36,124 nucleotides of DNA from a virus (Duplodnaviria > Caudoviricetes). How positions within the stretch are numbered: position 1 is the stretch's first letter; every line of letters starts with the position of its first letter. Of this stretch, positions 24,715 to 34,634 are shown in pieces. The notes under the pieces were generated by a model. The model saw nothing but the letters and a program-made list of their open reading frames with translations. It was not told the DNA's origin and did no database searches. The stretch lies in the IMG/VR virus record IMGVR_UViG_3300032290_000494, positions 1-36,124 of that record. The stretch is one strand, 5' to 3'. The translations under genes were made by a program, and so were the position numbers.

Positions 24715-24933
24715 ATGGATATGTCATTCGGCATTGATACGCTTCTCACTGTTGTCGCTGGCATATTCGCCATCATTGGTGTGTGGACGCAGTTGAGCAA
24801 TCGTCTCGCAATTCTCGAAACGAAACTTGAGTTTGGTGACGAGAAGTTCAACAGCATCGACAAGAAGTTCGATGAAGTCATGATGCACCTCCGCCGGATT
24901 GAAGACAAGTTGGACAATAAGGCAGATCGGTAA
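24715..24933 (+). CDS. Single-TM plus coiled-coil lysis-module protein (holin/antiholin-like)
   Basis: N-terminal hydrophobic helix and coiled coil; coupled to the endolysin. Confidence 0.6.
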   Translation: MDMSFGIDTLLTVVAGIFAIIGVWTQLSNRLAILETKLEFGDEKFNSIDKKFDEVMMHLRRIEDKLDNKADR

Positions 24934-25325
24934 TGGCTTTTAAACTAGGCCCACGTTCCTTGCTAAACCTTCGCGGCGTGCATCCAGATTTGGTGCGCGT
25001 CGTTAAGCGTGCGATTGGCATATCCAATATCGACTTTACGGTTATTGAGGGGACGCGTTCCATCTCCCGCCAAAAGGAACTGTTTGCCAAGGGTGCGACT
25101 AAGACAATGCGATCACGCCACATTCACGGTTTCGCGGTAGACATCGCGCCGTATGTAGCTGGAAGCATTCGTTGGGATTGGCCGCTCTTTGATAAGATTG
25201 AAGAGGCCATGAAGAAAGCAGCGCACCTAGAGAACGTGCCGGTCACGTGGGGTGGTGACTGGAAATCATTTAAGGATGGCCCGCATTGGGAACTTCCTCA
25301 TGCTAAATATCCAGACCCGAAATGA
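24933..25325 (+). CDS. Endolysin, peptidase M15 family (L-Ala-D-Glu peptidase-like)
   Basis: EGTRS..RQ, SRHIHGFAVD and WGGDW..FKDGPHWEL. Confidence 0.92.
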   Translation: MAFKLGPRSLLNLRGVHPDLVRVVKRAIGISNIDFTVIEGTRSISRQKELFAKGATKTMRSRHIHGFAVDIAPYVAGSIRWDWPLFDKIEEAMKKAAHLENVPVTWGGDWKSFKDGPHWELPHAKYPDPK

Positions 25326-25543
25326 CGATTAAAGAACTAGAAGCCGCCCTGCTTGAACGTGTCCGTGTTTGGTGGCGACCAGTCACCTGTATCGGTATCG
25401 CTTGCGGTGTGATTGTCAACGCGGTAATGTTGCCCATACTAAACAGCCAGCCCATATCGCTTATGGATTTGGCGGCGACAATCACATCTTGTGCTACTAT
25501 ATTTGCGGTGAGGGAATGGGGAAAAATAAATGGTGCGGATTAA
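25322..25543 (+). CDS. Putative holin
   Basis: WRP motif, two hydrophobic segments, position in the lysis cassette. Confidence 0.7.
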   Translation: MTIKELEAALLERVRVWWRPVTCIGIACGVIVNAVMLPILNSQPISLMDLAATITSCATIFAVREWGKINGAD

Positions 25544-25889
25544 TCCATTCATGGGTTATGTGGCGGCAGGCGCTCTTGCTATTGGCCTCACCGCCGGATG
25601 GAAGATCAAAGACTGGCAGTGCGATGCCGCGTATTCTGCGGTTCTGGAAAAAGCCGAGAAGCAACGCCAGCAAATGCAAGGACAAATAGATGAGGTTTCT
25701 ACGCTTTACCAAGCCGAACGGGATAAAGCCGATGTGGTGGTCGCCGGAGAAAAGCAAACAATCCGCGAGATATATAAGACTTTGCCTGCTGTCCCTGCTA
25801 ATTGCGCTCCTGACCCTCGTCTTATCGGGCTGCTCGAAGGCAGCGTCAATCGCGCCAATGCCGCAGCCGCCAGCGAACTTAGCAAGTAA
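25530..25889 (+). CDS. Rz-like inner-membrane spanin
   Basis: N-terminal TM, coiled coil, and an overlapping lipoprotein gene. Confidence 0.78.
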   Translation: MVRINPFMGYVAAGALAIGLTAGWKIKDWQCDAAYSAVLEKAEKQRQQMQGQIDEVSTLYQAERDKADVVVAGEKQTIREIYKTLPAVPANCAPDPRLIGLLEGSVNRANAAAASELSK

Positions 25890-26043
25890 TTGCCCACTGC
25901 TTCCCACGCCGCCTGCTACGCTTATTGATCCAGAGCGGGCTATCTGGGAAGTTGAGATTATTGCCAAATATGGGGACTGCGCATTGCGTCACCGCCGAAC
26001 AGTAGAAGCATGGGAAGAGGCTGTAAAAATCCCAAATAAGTGA
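25732..26043 (+). CDS. Rz1-like outer-membrane lipoprotein spanin (start uncertain)
   Basis: Overlaps Rz in the +1 frame; lipobox VLSGC, Pro-rich, additional cysteines. Confidence 0.78.
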   Translation: MWWSPEKSKQSARYIRLCLLSLLIALLTLVLSGCSKAASIAPMPQPPANLASNCPLLPTPPATLIDPERAIWEVEIIAKYGDCALRHRRTVEAWEEAVKIPNK

Positions 26044-26077
26044 TATAAGAACTTTAGTCTTACGCACAGGTAATTAA

Positions 26078-27559
26078 ATGGCGCTTATTCCAATCAGTAT
26101 CCCGCCGGGTGTTTACCGCAACGGAACAGAACTTGATAGTTCTGGCCGGTGGTATGACGTGAACCTTGTGCGCTGGGTTGAAGGGATGATGCGTCCCGTC
26201 GGTGGCTGGCAAGAACGAACCACCACCGCTCTTAGCGGCAAAGCCCGTGGCATGATTGCGTGGCGCTCGAACAACAGCACTCGCTACATCTCCGTCGGGA
26301 CGCACTCAAAGCTGTACGCTATCACGCAATCGTCTGTGATTGTGGACATTACTCCTGCTGGGTTTACGCCGGGCAATCCAAATGCGTCTGTTGGCGGAGG
26401 CTATGGCGTTGGTCTTTACAGCGCCGGATACTACGGTACGCCTCGTCCTGACGTTGGCGTTGTCACTCCGGCGACCACATGGACACTGGACACATGGGGC
26501 GAATATCTTGTCGGCTGTTCGAACTTTGATGGTAAGATTTATGAGTGGCAGTTGGACACCGCAACGCCGACACCCGCTGTTGTCGTAACAAACGCGCCGA
26601 CATCTAACACCGGCGTTCTGGTAACGAACGAACGTTCGATGTTTGCTCTTGGTGCGTCCGGCAATCCACGTAAGATTGCGTGGTCCGATCTTGAGAACAA
26701 CACTGTCTGGACGGCATCATCCACGAACCTTGCTGGCAGTCTTGAGTTGCAGACGGGTGGTAAAATTATCACAGCCAAACGCGTTCGTGGTCAAGTTCTC
26801 GTTCTTACAGACATTGACGCGCACATCGTATCTTATGTCGGCCAGCCATTTGTCTATACGTCTGAGTTTGCGGGTCGCGCTTGTGGTCTTGCTGGGCCGA
26901 ACGCTATCGCCGTTCAGGATAACTTCGCGGTATGGATGGGTTCACGTGGCTTCTATATGTACGACGGCTACGTTAAGGCTGTGCCGTGCGAAGTGTCGGA
27001 CTATGTATTCTCCGACATCAACCAAGCGCAGATCAGCAAAGCTTACGCCGTCAACAACTCACAGTTCGACGAAGTATGGTTCTTCTATCCATCGGCCTCA
27101 AGCCAAGAGAACAATCGCTATGTGATTTGGAACTACGTCCAGAACAACTGGTCGATTGGCTCTTTGGGCCGTTCTGCTGGTATCGACCGTGGCGTGTTCG
27201 CCAACCCGTTGATGGTAACGGACGACGGATATATCTACGATCACGAGATCGGGATGAACCACGGAACAGAAAGCGTATACGCCGAGACAGGGCCAGTGCA
27301 GATCGGGCAGGGGGACAACATCTTGTACATTAACGAGATGATCCCGGACGAACGCAACCAAGGTGAAGTGACTGCGACCTTCTCTTCCCGTTACTATCCA
27401 AACGGCGACGAGCAAACCTTCGGCCCGTACAGCTTAACGAACCCTACATCTGTCCGCTTCAACGGCCGACAAATACAGATGAAGGTAACGGCCACCAGCA
27501 ACACTGATTGGCGGGTTGGGACGCAGCGGCTTAATGCTATACCGGGTGGGCGTCGATGA
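26078..27559 (+). CDS. Tail hub/nozzle protein (P22 gp10-like)
   Basis: 493-aa beta-rich protein with IAWSD, CGLAGPNA and EVWFFYP; precedes the ejection genes. Confidence 0.75.
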   Translation: MALIPISIPPGVYRNGTELDSSGRWYDVNLVRWVEGMMRPVGGWQERTTTALSGKARGMIAWRSNNSTRYISVGTHSKLYAITQSSVIVDITPAGFTPGNPNASVGGGYGVGLYSAGYYGTPRPDVGVVTPATTWTLDTWGEYLVGCSNFDGKIYEWQLDTATPTPAVVVTNAPTSNTGVLVTNERSMFALGASGNPRKIAWSDLENNTVWTASSTNLAGSLELQTGGKIITAKRVRGQVLVLTDIDAHIVSYVGQPFVYTSEFAGRACGLAGPNAIAVQDNFAVWMGSRGFYMYDGYVKAVPCEVSDYVFSDINQAQISKAYAVNNSQFDEVWFFYPSASSQENNRYVIWNYVQNNWSIGSLGRSAGIDRGVFANPLMVTDDGYIYDHEIGMNHGTESVYAETGPVQIGQGDNILYINEMIPDERNQGEVTATFSSRYYPNGDEQTFGPYSLTNPTSVRFNGRQIQMKVTATSNTDWRVGTQRLNAIPGGRR

Positions 27560-27771
27560 AACTAAAACTGCCCCCGCCTCCTGCGCAATACGATCCGCTA
27601 TATGAGGCGCAGCGTAACCGCCTTATTGAGCAGGCGATGAATATGAAGTATACGATGGGCGAAGATGTGTTTATTCACCCGCCAGCTAAATTGATTTTGG
27701 TAGATGAGGACGGCCATCACGTCGAGATTTATGTTTCACATTCTGAACAAGTCAGAGCGCGGCATGTCTAA
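27556..27771 (+). CDS. Hypothetical protein (71 aa)
   Basis: ATGA-coupled ORF with LPPPPAQYD. Confidence 0.7.
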   Translation: MKLKLPPPPAQYDPLYEAQRNRLIEQAMNMKYTMGEDVFIHPPAKLILVDEDGHHVEIYVSHSEQVRARHV

Positions 27772-27841
27772 TGGGCTGTCAATCTATTTTGTTTTGTGTT
27801 AATAACGAAGGATTAGGCGGCCAAACCGCACGGGGAATATA

Positions 27842-28687
27842 ATGGCGATAACTACTACGCAAACTCAGGCGCTCAATCCTTTCATTCAGGATATTCTGGC
27901 GCGTAACTATGGAGCCGCACAGCAAGTCGCGGCTATTCCGTATCAGGCATATCAGGGGCCACGCGTCGCTGGTTTCCGCCCAGCCGAAGAGCAGGCGTTC
28001 CAGACGGCAATCGGGGCTGCGACCCAGCAAGTTGGGATGCCGCAACTTCAGCAAGCCACCCAAGTTGCAGAGCGCGCTGCCGGATATACTCCGCAGCAGT
28101 TTCAGCAAGATGTCTCCGGCTTCATGTCGCCGTTCCAGACCAACGTCATCGACGCCACGATGGCTCGACTGGCACAGAACCGCGCCGAGCGTGACGCTGC
28201 TACCAAGGCTCAGCTTGCTTCTTCGCGGGCATTCGGCAACGAACGTCGTGGTGTATATGAGGCGCAGCTTGCGGGCGAAGAAGATTTGAATACGGCTCAA
28301 ACGCTGGCGAACCTGTACAGTCAGGGATACTCGCAAGCAGCCGGAATGGCGCAGAACCTTCCGGGCCAGCAGCTTGCGGGTGCGGCCGCTCTGTCCGGCT
28401 ACGGCCAACAGGCGCTTGGCAATCAGCAGGCTTATGCTGCGATGCTTCAAGGTGCAGGCCAAGCACAGCGCGGCATGGCCCAGCAGAACCTTGATCTGGC
28501 TTACCGCGACTTCCTCGAACAGCGCGGCTTCCCACAGCAGCAGCTTCAAACACTGCTCATGGGTTCGCAGGGTCTTCCGTCTCCAATGACGCAGACGACA
28601 ACTCAGCCCGGCCAGTCAACGCTCAGCCAAGTTGGTACGGCTGCGTCCACGATTGGTACTCTCCTCGATCTCTTCAAGAAGGGTTAA
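27842..28687 (+). CDS. Putative DNA ejection/internal virion protein
   Basis: Q/A/G-rich, with FMSPFQTNVID and AFGNER motifs; gene position. Confidence 0.7.
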   Translation: MAITTTQTQALNPFIQDILARNYGAAQQVAAIPYQAYQGPRVAGFRPAEEQAFQTAIGAATQQVGMPQLQQATQVAERAAGYTPQQFQQDVSGFMSPFQTNVIDATMARLAQNRAERDAATKAQLASSRAFGNERRGVYEAQLAGEEDLNTAQTLANLYSQGYSQAAGMAQNLPGQQLAGAAALSGYGQQALGNQQAYAAMLQGAGQAQRGMAQQNLDLAYRDFLEQRGFPQQQLQTLLMGSQGLPSPMTQTTTQPGQSTLSQVGTAASTIGTLLDLFKKG

Positions 28688-28691
28688 TTAG

Positions 28692-29516
28692 ATGGCAACC
28701 CCGATGGACAACCTGATGCGTTTGCTTGTTCCAAACCGCACTCCTCCGAGTGGCACGGCTATGCCTGCTATGGCTCCGTTAGCTGCTGCGCCTCAGCCCG
28801 CCGCACCAGTAGCGCCGCAGCTTTCGCCAACGGCAAAGTATATCCAAGACATGCAGGCTCTTATGAGCGGTGGCATCGGCCAGCTATCAACTGGCGAAAA
28901 GATCAGCGCGGTTGGTCAAGTACTTCAGGCCGCAGGTAGCCGTGGCGCTGCTGACCCGGCCGCTGTTCTTCAGAACGTGCGCAATCAGCAGATGCAAAAG
29001 CTGAACGCACAATATCAGATTGCACAGTCGCAGCAGAAGATGCAGCAAGAGCAGCAGAAGCGTGCGTTTATTACACAATATGCGTCTACGGTTCCGGAAG
29101 ATAAGCGTGGATTGCTTGAGAACGCCGACCTCGACAAGGCTTTTGATATTGTTGAAAAGGAATTGACGGCTAAGAAGCAGCTATTCCAAATCGTTGACGG
29201 CCCAGCCGGTAACAAGGTAGCCGTGTTTTCTGACTTCAGCCGCGTTGAAACTGATTTCCCGAACAATCTCGAAACTGATCTCGTTGACCGTGGATCGCAG
29301 AAACTTCTTATCAATAAGGACACAGGCGAAGTAATCCAAGTTTACGAAAAAGATTTGTCGCCATCTGTTGTTGCCCGTCGCCGCAGTCCTTACTCACCGC
29401 CAAAACCCGCAGGCCGTGCTACGGATACTAAAAAGCCAGCCAAGAAAACGACCGCTGCGGTTGTCAGTCCGAATTTACTTGCCGCTATAACTAGTCGGTT
29501 AAACCAAGTTAACTAA
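28692..29516 (+). CDS. Putative internal virion protein
   Basis: Q-rich coiled coil; lies between ejection-type genes. Confidence 0.6.
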   Translation: MATPMDNLMRLLVPNRTPPSGTAMPAMAPLAAAPQPAAPVAPQLSPTAKYIQDMQALMSGGIGQLSTGEKISAVGQVLQAAGSRGAADPAAVLQNVRNQQMQKLNAQYQIAQSQQKMQQEQQKRAFITQYASTVPEDKRGLLENADLDKAFDIVEKELTAKKQLFQIVDGPAGNKVAVFSDFSRVETDFPNNLETDLVDRGSQKLLINKDTGEVIQVYEKDLSPSVVARRRSPYSPPKPAGRATDTKKPAKKTTAAVVSPNLLAAITSRLNQVN

Positions 29517-29525
29517 GGAGCCTTC

Positions 29526-32500
29526 ATGGCCGAGCAGAAGCCAAAGGGCGCACCAGTATTTCTGGAAATTCCTGCCACCGGGGAGACGATCACGCTTCCC
29601 GGCGTAACGTCGCTCAGCAGTGACGACGAACTTAAAGCGGCGGCTGATGCTTGGATTGCAAAGAATTACAAAGGCCCATTACTTGCAGCGCCTATTGTCG
29701 CACGCACGCCGGTAGAGGGCGAGAGTGTTGTCACGGCCAACCGGCAACCGGAACTAACCGCAGTTACACCGACTACAATTACGGGGGGTGTTTACGACGC
29801 ACTCGCTTCTGGCGTTGCGAATGTAGCTGGGTTGCTTCCCGGTTTTGACGAACGTGGCGCTGTCCAATACGGCCAAGATGTAGTTCAAAATATTGAAAGC
29901 CTACTCGGCCTTCAGGCGATGGAACAAAGTATCGGTGACGTTTTAGTAGGTCGCGGAACAGCTAGTGATTACGCAATAGCTGGGCTTACCGTCGCGCCGT
30001 TTGCCGCTAGGCCAATCGCGGCAGGTGTCCGTCGTATTGCACCAGAAACTAGTGCGGCTCTCGGCCGGTTGGCTACTGGCCCTGTCGCAGTTCCAGAAGC
30101 GGCACTCTCCCCTGAGATGGCCGCAGTTGCTAGGCCCGTTACTCCGGCTCCTGCCGCGCCAAGCACACGGCCAAGGGCGCAGGCTGTTGAGTTGCCGGAA
30201 GCCCCCGTGGCCGCAGCAGCAATCCCTGAAGCAGCAATCCCTGAAGCTGCGGTAGCACCGACGCCTGTGCGCGCAGAACCACAATCTGTACTGGAACAAG
30301 CCGCCGCGTCGATTGAGACACCTCCTATTGTAACTCCGGAACGTGCGGGCAATCTTAACCTTACTAAATTTGATAAGCCAGCCGACGTTAAGACTTTCCT
30401 CGACGACGTTGCAAAAGCCAACAACAATTTTGTTGAGGCCCGTCGCGGCGTCATGCCCATTTCTGAGATTAACAAGAAGGCAGAAGAAATTGATCTTCAG
30501 TCTATCCTTGGCCGTAAAGTAGGGATGGCGTTGAACGCGGAACAGCTTCAGGCTGCGCGTAGCGTTCTTAACCAAACCGCTGATGATGTCTTTATCAAGG
30601 TCAAAGACTGGTCCGCGTCCGGAGCCGATCCCACAAAGGCTGATGAAGCACTTGACCTTATCGCCACGCACATGGCGTTTCAGGAAAACCTAGCCGGAGC
30701 AACAGCAGAAGCAGGGCGCGCTCTGCGTATTCTGCGGGAGCAGCCGAGCAGCGGTCGTTCGCTGGCGCTGCGGCAGCTTATGGAAGAACGCGCCAAAGGC
30801 GTTCCTGCTGAGACAATTCTTGAACGCATCTCGACGCTCGATAGCCCAGAACAAGTTGCGGCGTTTGTCGGTAAGATTAGCAAGCCTAACTTCCGCGCTA
30901 AGTTTGAAGAGTACTACATCAACGCGCTTCTTTCCGGGCCGCAAACGCAGTCGATCAACATTGCGTCCAACGCTTTGACAACCCTTTCCGCACCAGTTGA
31001 GAAGGCTATTGAAGCAGGCATCGGCGCGGCTCTGCGTACACCGGATCGTGTTACTTTCCGAGAAGTAGGTGCGCGCATTGCCGGAATGGGTCAAGGTGCA
31101 GTCGATGGGTTACGGTTGGCCCGACAGGCGTTCATGACAGGTGAAGCGCCTAGTGCGGTTACTGCGTTGGAAACACGGGCTAATGCTATCAGCGGTTTGA
31201 AAGGCGAGATTGTCCGCCTTCCATCTCGTTTCCTTATGACGCAAGATGAGTTTTTCAAAGCCATTCACACACGCGGCGAAGTTGCAGCGCAGGCGTATAA
31301 GAAGGCGCTTGATCTTAGTCAGGGCAATAAGGAAAAATTCAGCGAACTCTACAACGAGTTCTTAAATAATCCAACCGAAGCAATGACTAAGGCTGCGCGG
31401 CGCGAAGCCGATTACCGCACGTTTCAGGCGGAACTTGGTCGTCCCGGTAAGTTCGTGCAACGCGCCACAAATGAATTTTTCTTAGCGCGGTATATTCTTC
31501 CGTTCGTAAAGACGCCGTTTAACTTAATTAAATATGCGTCGGAACGGTCCCCGCTCCCGATCATATCAGATCGTTGGCGCGCCGAGATTATGGCTGGCGG
31601 TAGACAGCGTAATGAAGCACTGGCTAAACTAACTCTTGGAACCAGCATTGCAGGGGCGATTGCTGTTCAGGCGCTAGAGGGCAGAGTTACTGGCTCCGGC
31701 CCAACCGATCCGGAAGAGCGTGCGGCTCTTATGGCGACTGGATGGCAGCCGTATAGCTTTAAGATCAATGATACATATTATCCGTATGGCCGTCTCGATC
31801 CATTCGGTACGCCCATCGGTGTGGTCGCCGATCTCGTTACGATGAAAGATTACATGACGGACGAGGAATATGAGAAGGCAGCGGCCCTCATTCCTTTTTC
31901 TGTAGCTACAAATCTTGCGGAGAAGACATACCTTCAAGGCGCGACCAATCTATTTGAGGCGTTGTTCTCGCGGGATACATCCCCGCAACGGATTGAAAGT
32001 TATTTCCGTAACGCCGCAGCCGGACTTATACCTAACATTGCGCGACAGACAGCTAACGCTCTCGATCCGCAACTGCGCGAAGCCGACAGTATAATCAAGG
32101 AAGCACAGAACCGAGTCCCAATTCTTCGTGGCAATGGTTTCTCCTTATTGGGTAAGGACTTTGCGTTCGATGCGGTTCCTGAACGTATAGATGTGTGGGG
32201 CGATCCCGTATCTCGTACTGGCTTTACACCTATGCCTGCTGGGCAACCTGTCGGCGAACAACTTACTGGGTTTGTTCGCAATATTGTCGCGCCTGTCAAA
32301 ACGTCAACGGTTACGACTGATCCTGTAAAGAAAGAAGTTGCCCGTCTTCAGCTTGGTCTTGAGCGGCCAGATAAGAAGGTATCGCTGGCGGTTGATGTGG
32401 GCCAAGAAAAACCTGTTAAGTTTGAGATTGAACTTACAGATCGTGAGCGCCGCCAATTTACATTTGCTTCTGGCATTCTTGCAAAGGCGCTTGTCGAGCA

Positions 32501-32666
32501 GGATATCAAATCGCCGGAGTGGAAGAACCTTACGGAAGATGAGCGCCGCGAAAAGATCAAGGATCGCCTGTCGTTTGCACGCAAAGCATTCCGCTCGACT
32601 ATCGGTACTCGCGCTCTCGAACGCTACATGGCGGAGAACGAAGGTTTGCCAAAGATTAAACCATAG
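29526..32666 (+). CDS. Large internal virion/ejection protein (1046 aa)
   Basis: Large helical protein with INALLSGP, DEFFK, PFVKTPFN, GWQPYS and RLDPF motifs; last of three ejection-type genes. Confidence 0.72.
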   Translation: MAEQKPKGAPVFLEIPATGETITLPGVTSLSSDDELKAAADAWIAKNYKGPLLAAPIVARTPVEGESVVTANRQPELTAVTPTTITGGVYDALASGVANVAGLLPGFDERGAVQYGQDVVQNIESLLGLQAMEQSIGDVLVGRGTASDYAIAGLTVAPFAARPIAAGVRRIAPETSAALGRLATGPVAVPEAALSPEMAAVARPVTPAPAAPSTRPRAQAVELPEAPVAAAAIPEAAIPEAAVAPTPVRAEPQSVLEQAAASIETPPIVTPERAGNLNLTKFDKPADVKTFLDDVAKANNNFVEARRGVMPISEINKKAEEIDLQSILGRKVGMALNAEQLQAARSVLNQTADDVFIKVKDWSASGADPTKADEALDLIATHMAFQENLAGATAEAGRALRILREQPSSGRSLALRQLMEERAKGVPAETILERISTLDSPEQVAAFVGKISKPNFRAKFEEYYINALLSGPQTQSINIASNALTTLSAPVEKAIEAGIGAALRTPDRVTFREVGARIAGMGQGAVDGLRLARQAFMTGEAPSAVTALETRANAISGLKGEIVRLPSRFLMTQDEFFKAIHTRGEVAAQAYKKALDLSQGNKEKFSELYNEFLNNPTEAMTKAARREADYRTFQAELGRPGKFVQRATNEFFLARYILPFVKTPFNLIKYASERSPLPIISDRWRAEIMAGGRQRNEALAKLTLGTSIAGAIAVQALEGRVTGSGPTDPEERAALMATGWQPYSFKINDTYYPYGRLDPFGTPIGVVADLVTMKDYMTDEEYEKAAALIPFSVATNLAEKTYLQGATNLFEALFSRDTSPQRIESYFRNAAAGLIPNIARQTANALDPQLREADSIIKEAQNRVPILRGNGFSLLGKDFAFDAVPERIDVWGDPVSRTGFTPMPAGQPVGEQLTGFVRNIVAPVKTSTVTTDPVKKEVARLQLGLERPDKKVSLAVDVGQEKPVKFEIELTDRERRQFTFASGILAKALVEQDIKSPEWKNLTEDERREKIKDRLSFARKAFRSTIGTRALERYMAENEGLPKIKP

Positions 32667-32674
32667 GTGAAGTA

Positions 32675-32806
32675 ATGGCCAAGAAGAGTAGCGTTAAAGA
32701 TATGAAATGGACGCCGCAGCCGAAAGCTAAACGTCGCCACAAACCCGACGGGCTTCGCCATCGTAAGTCTTTGGGGCCACGCAGTCACTTGCGAACTAGC
32801 TTCTAA
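32675..32806 (+). CDS. Small highly basic protein (43 aa, MAKKSSVKD...HLRTSF)
   Basis: Manual translation; SD aggtga; fills the intergenic gap. Confidence 0.6.
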   Translation: MAKKSSVKDMKWTPQPKAKRRHKPDGLRHRKSLGPRSHLRTSF

Positions 32807-32823
32807 TACTATACACACCGCCC

Positions 32824-33351
32824 ATGAAGTTCATGGGCATTGATCCCGGCGCGTTCGGGGCTGTCGCTATTCTGGATAAGGATAGCCGAGAACTTGTCAT
32901 CATCGACATGCCTACCTTAAAGGTCAAGCGCGGGCCGCGTGTCGTCAATCAGGTTGACGCGCACATGCTGGCCGATGCTTTGCGCGGTCACGTCACCGCC
33001 GATACTTCCGCTCTTATCGAGAAGGTTCACGCCATGCCCGGCCAAGGTGTGTCTTCCATGTTCAGCTTCGGCCGGGCAGCGGGTATCGTCGAAGGCGTGC
33101 TTGCTGGCCTGTCTGTATCTTTTGAGTTGATACCGCCTGCGACTTGGATTAAGTCTATGCGTACGTTCGGAGGAAAGGACGGCAGTCGTCAGCGGGCACA
33201 AGAGTTGTTCCCGGATTACGCCCATCTCTTCGCACGGAAAAAGGACGACGGCCGGGCCGAAGCTGCGCTTCTCGCCTGTTACGCCGCTGAGAGGGAACAA
33301 CATGAACCACCTATTCGATTACCAAAAAGTCGGCGCAGACTTTCTTTGTAA
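32824..33351 (+). CDS. RuvC-like Holliday junction resolvase
   Basis: MGIDPG, IEKV, SMFSFG and DGRAEAALLA. Confidence 0.85.
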   Translation: MKFMGIDPGAFGAVAILDKDSRELVIIDMPTLKVKRGPRVVNQVDAHMLADALRGHVTADTSALIEKVHAMPGQGVSSMFSFGRAAGIVEGVLAGLSVSFELIPPATWIKSMRTFGGKDGSRQRAQELFPDYAHLFARKKDDGRAEAALLACYAAEREQHEPPIRLPKSRRRLSL

Positions 33352-34585
33352 GAACCCCGCCGCATTCCTTGCTGATGAGCAGGGCCTTGGAAAAACACTT
33401 CAAGTTATTGCAGCGTGTGATACACTCGGCCTGACAAAGATCGTCGTGATCTGCCCGGCCATCGCCAAGATTAACTGGCGTCGTGAGTTCGAGCGATGGG
33501 GAACTGTCGAGCGCGAAGTCAAGGTGTTCAGCTACGATAAGATTACCCAATCGAAGGAGGTCCGCAATGAAATCGCAAAGTTTGAGCCAGACGTTCTTGT
33601 CTTGGATGAAGCGCATTATCTCAAGAACCGTACTGCTAAGCGCACAAAGTATCTATATGGTCAGTACTGTCGCGGCGATGGCCTTGTTCGTTTCGCTGAT
33701 CGTGTTTGGCTTCTTAGTGGTACTCCCATTCCTAACAACGTCAGTGATTTCTGGACACATCTCAAAGCGATTTGGCAGTACCCTTTAAACTTCGCCGACT
33801 TTACGATGTATTTCTGCAAGACTTGGAGTGGCCAGTTCGGTCTTCAGGTTCTTGGCAATAAGACCGAACGCATGGCTGAGTTCAAGACCGTGCTGAAAGC
33901 AATCATGCTGCGCCGTAAAGGCGAGGTTGTGCTGAAAGATTTGCCGCCGATCTGGTGGCAAGACGCGCCGGTCGAGATTGATAACTGGAACGATAGGAAA
34001 CACATCGACGATCCACGCCAAGCCGAAGCGGTCGATATGATCCTCGCGCATTCGCTGACAAATCAAGACTTGTCTACCGAGATCGAGAGCATCGCACCTC
34101 ACATCGCGTCACTGCGTCGGCTAACAGGTGTGGCCAAGGCAGCGCCCATCGCCACACAGATAGCGGGCGAGTTGGCTGATGATGCTTACGACAAGATCGT
34201 AATCTTCGCCTACCACACCGACGCAATCCAGACGCTTTACGATAGGCTGAAAGATTTCAGCCCGGTGGTGGTTGCAGGCGGTATGCCGACAGCCGACCGT
34301 CAAGCGGCGATTGACAACTTCCAGACCGACCCGAAGGTGCGCGTCTTCATCGGCCAAATCACGGCGTGTTCCACAGCAATCACATTGACGGCTGCAAATC
34401 AGGTGGCGTTCGTAGAAATGGATTGGGTTCCGGCGGTGAACGCGCAGGCGGCTAAGCGTTGCCATCGCATCGGCCAGACAAAGCCCGTCATCGTGCGGAC
34501 GTTTGGCCTTGTCAATTCTGTTGATGAGATTGTGGCTAAGACCCTAGCCAAAAAAGCGCAGATGATATCCGAGGCGTTAGATTAA
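33302..34585 (+). CDS. SNF2-family (SF2) helicase
   Basis: LADEQGLGKT, LDEAH, LSGTP and QAAKRCHRIGQ. Confidence 0.92.
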   Translation: MNHLFDYQKVGADFLCKNPAAFLADEQGLGKTLQVIAACDTLGLTKIVVICPAIAKINWRREFERWGTVEREVKVFSYDKITQSKEVRNEIAKFEPDVLVLDEAHYLKNRTAKRTKYLYGQYCRGDGLVRFADRVWLLSGTPIPNNVSDFWTHLKAIWQYPLNFADFTMYFCKTWSGQFGLQVLGNKTERMAEFKTVLKAIMLRRKGEVVLKDLPPIWWQDAPVEIDNWNDRKHIDDPRQAEAVDMILAHSLTNQDLSTEIESIAPHIASLRRLTGVAKAAPIATQIAGELADDAYDKIVIFAYHTDAIQTLYDRLKDFSPVVVAGGMPTADRQAAIDNFQTDPKVRVFIGQITACSTAITLTAANQVAFVEMDWVPAVNAQAAKRCHRIGQTKPVIVRTFGLVNSVDEIVAKTLAKKAQMISEALD

Positions 34586-34627
34586 GGAAGGCTGGGGCGA
34601 CTTCCATACTCCCCAGCCTTCCCTTTT
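34586..34627. terminator. Terminator between convergent operons
   Basis: 12-bp stem ggaaggctgggg/ccccagccttcc followed by ctttt. Confidence 0.8.
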
Positions 34628-34634
34628 ACTTAAC

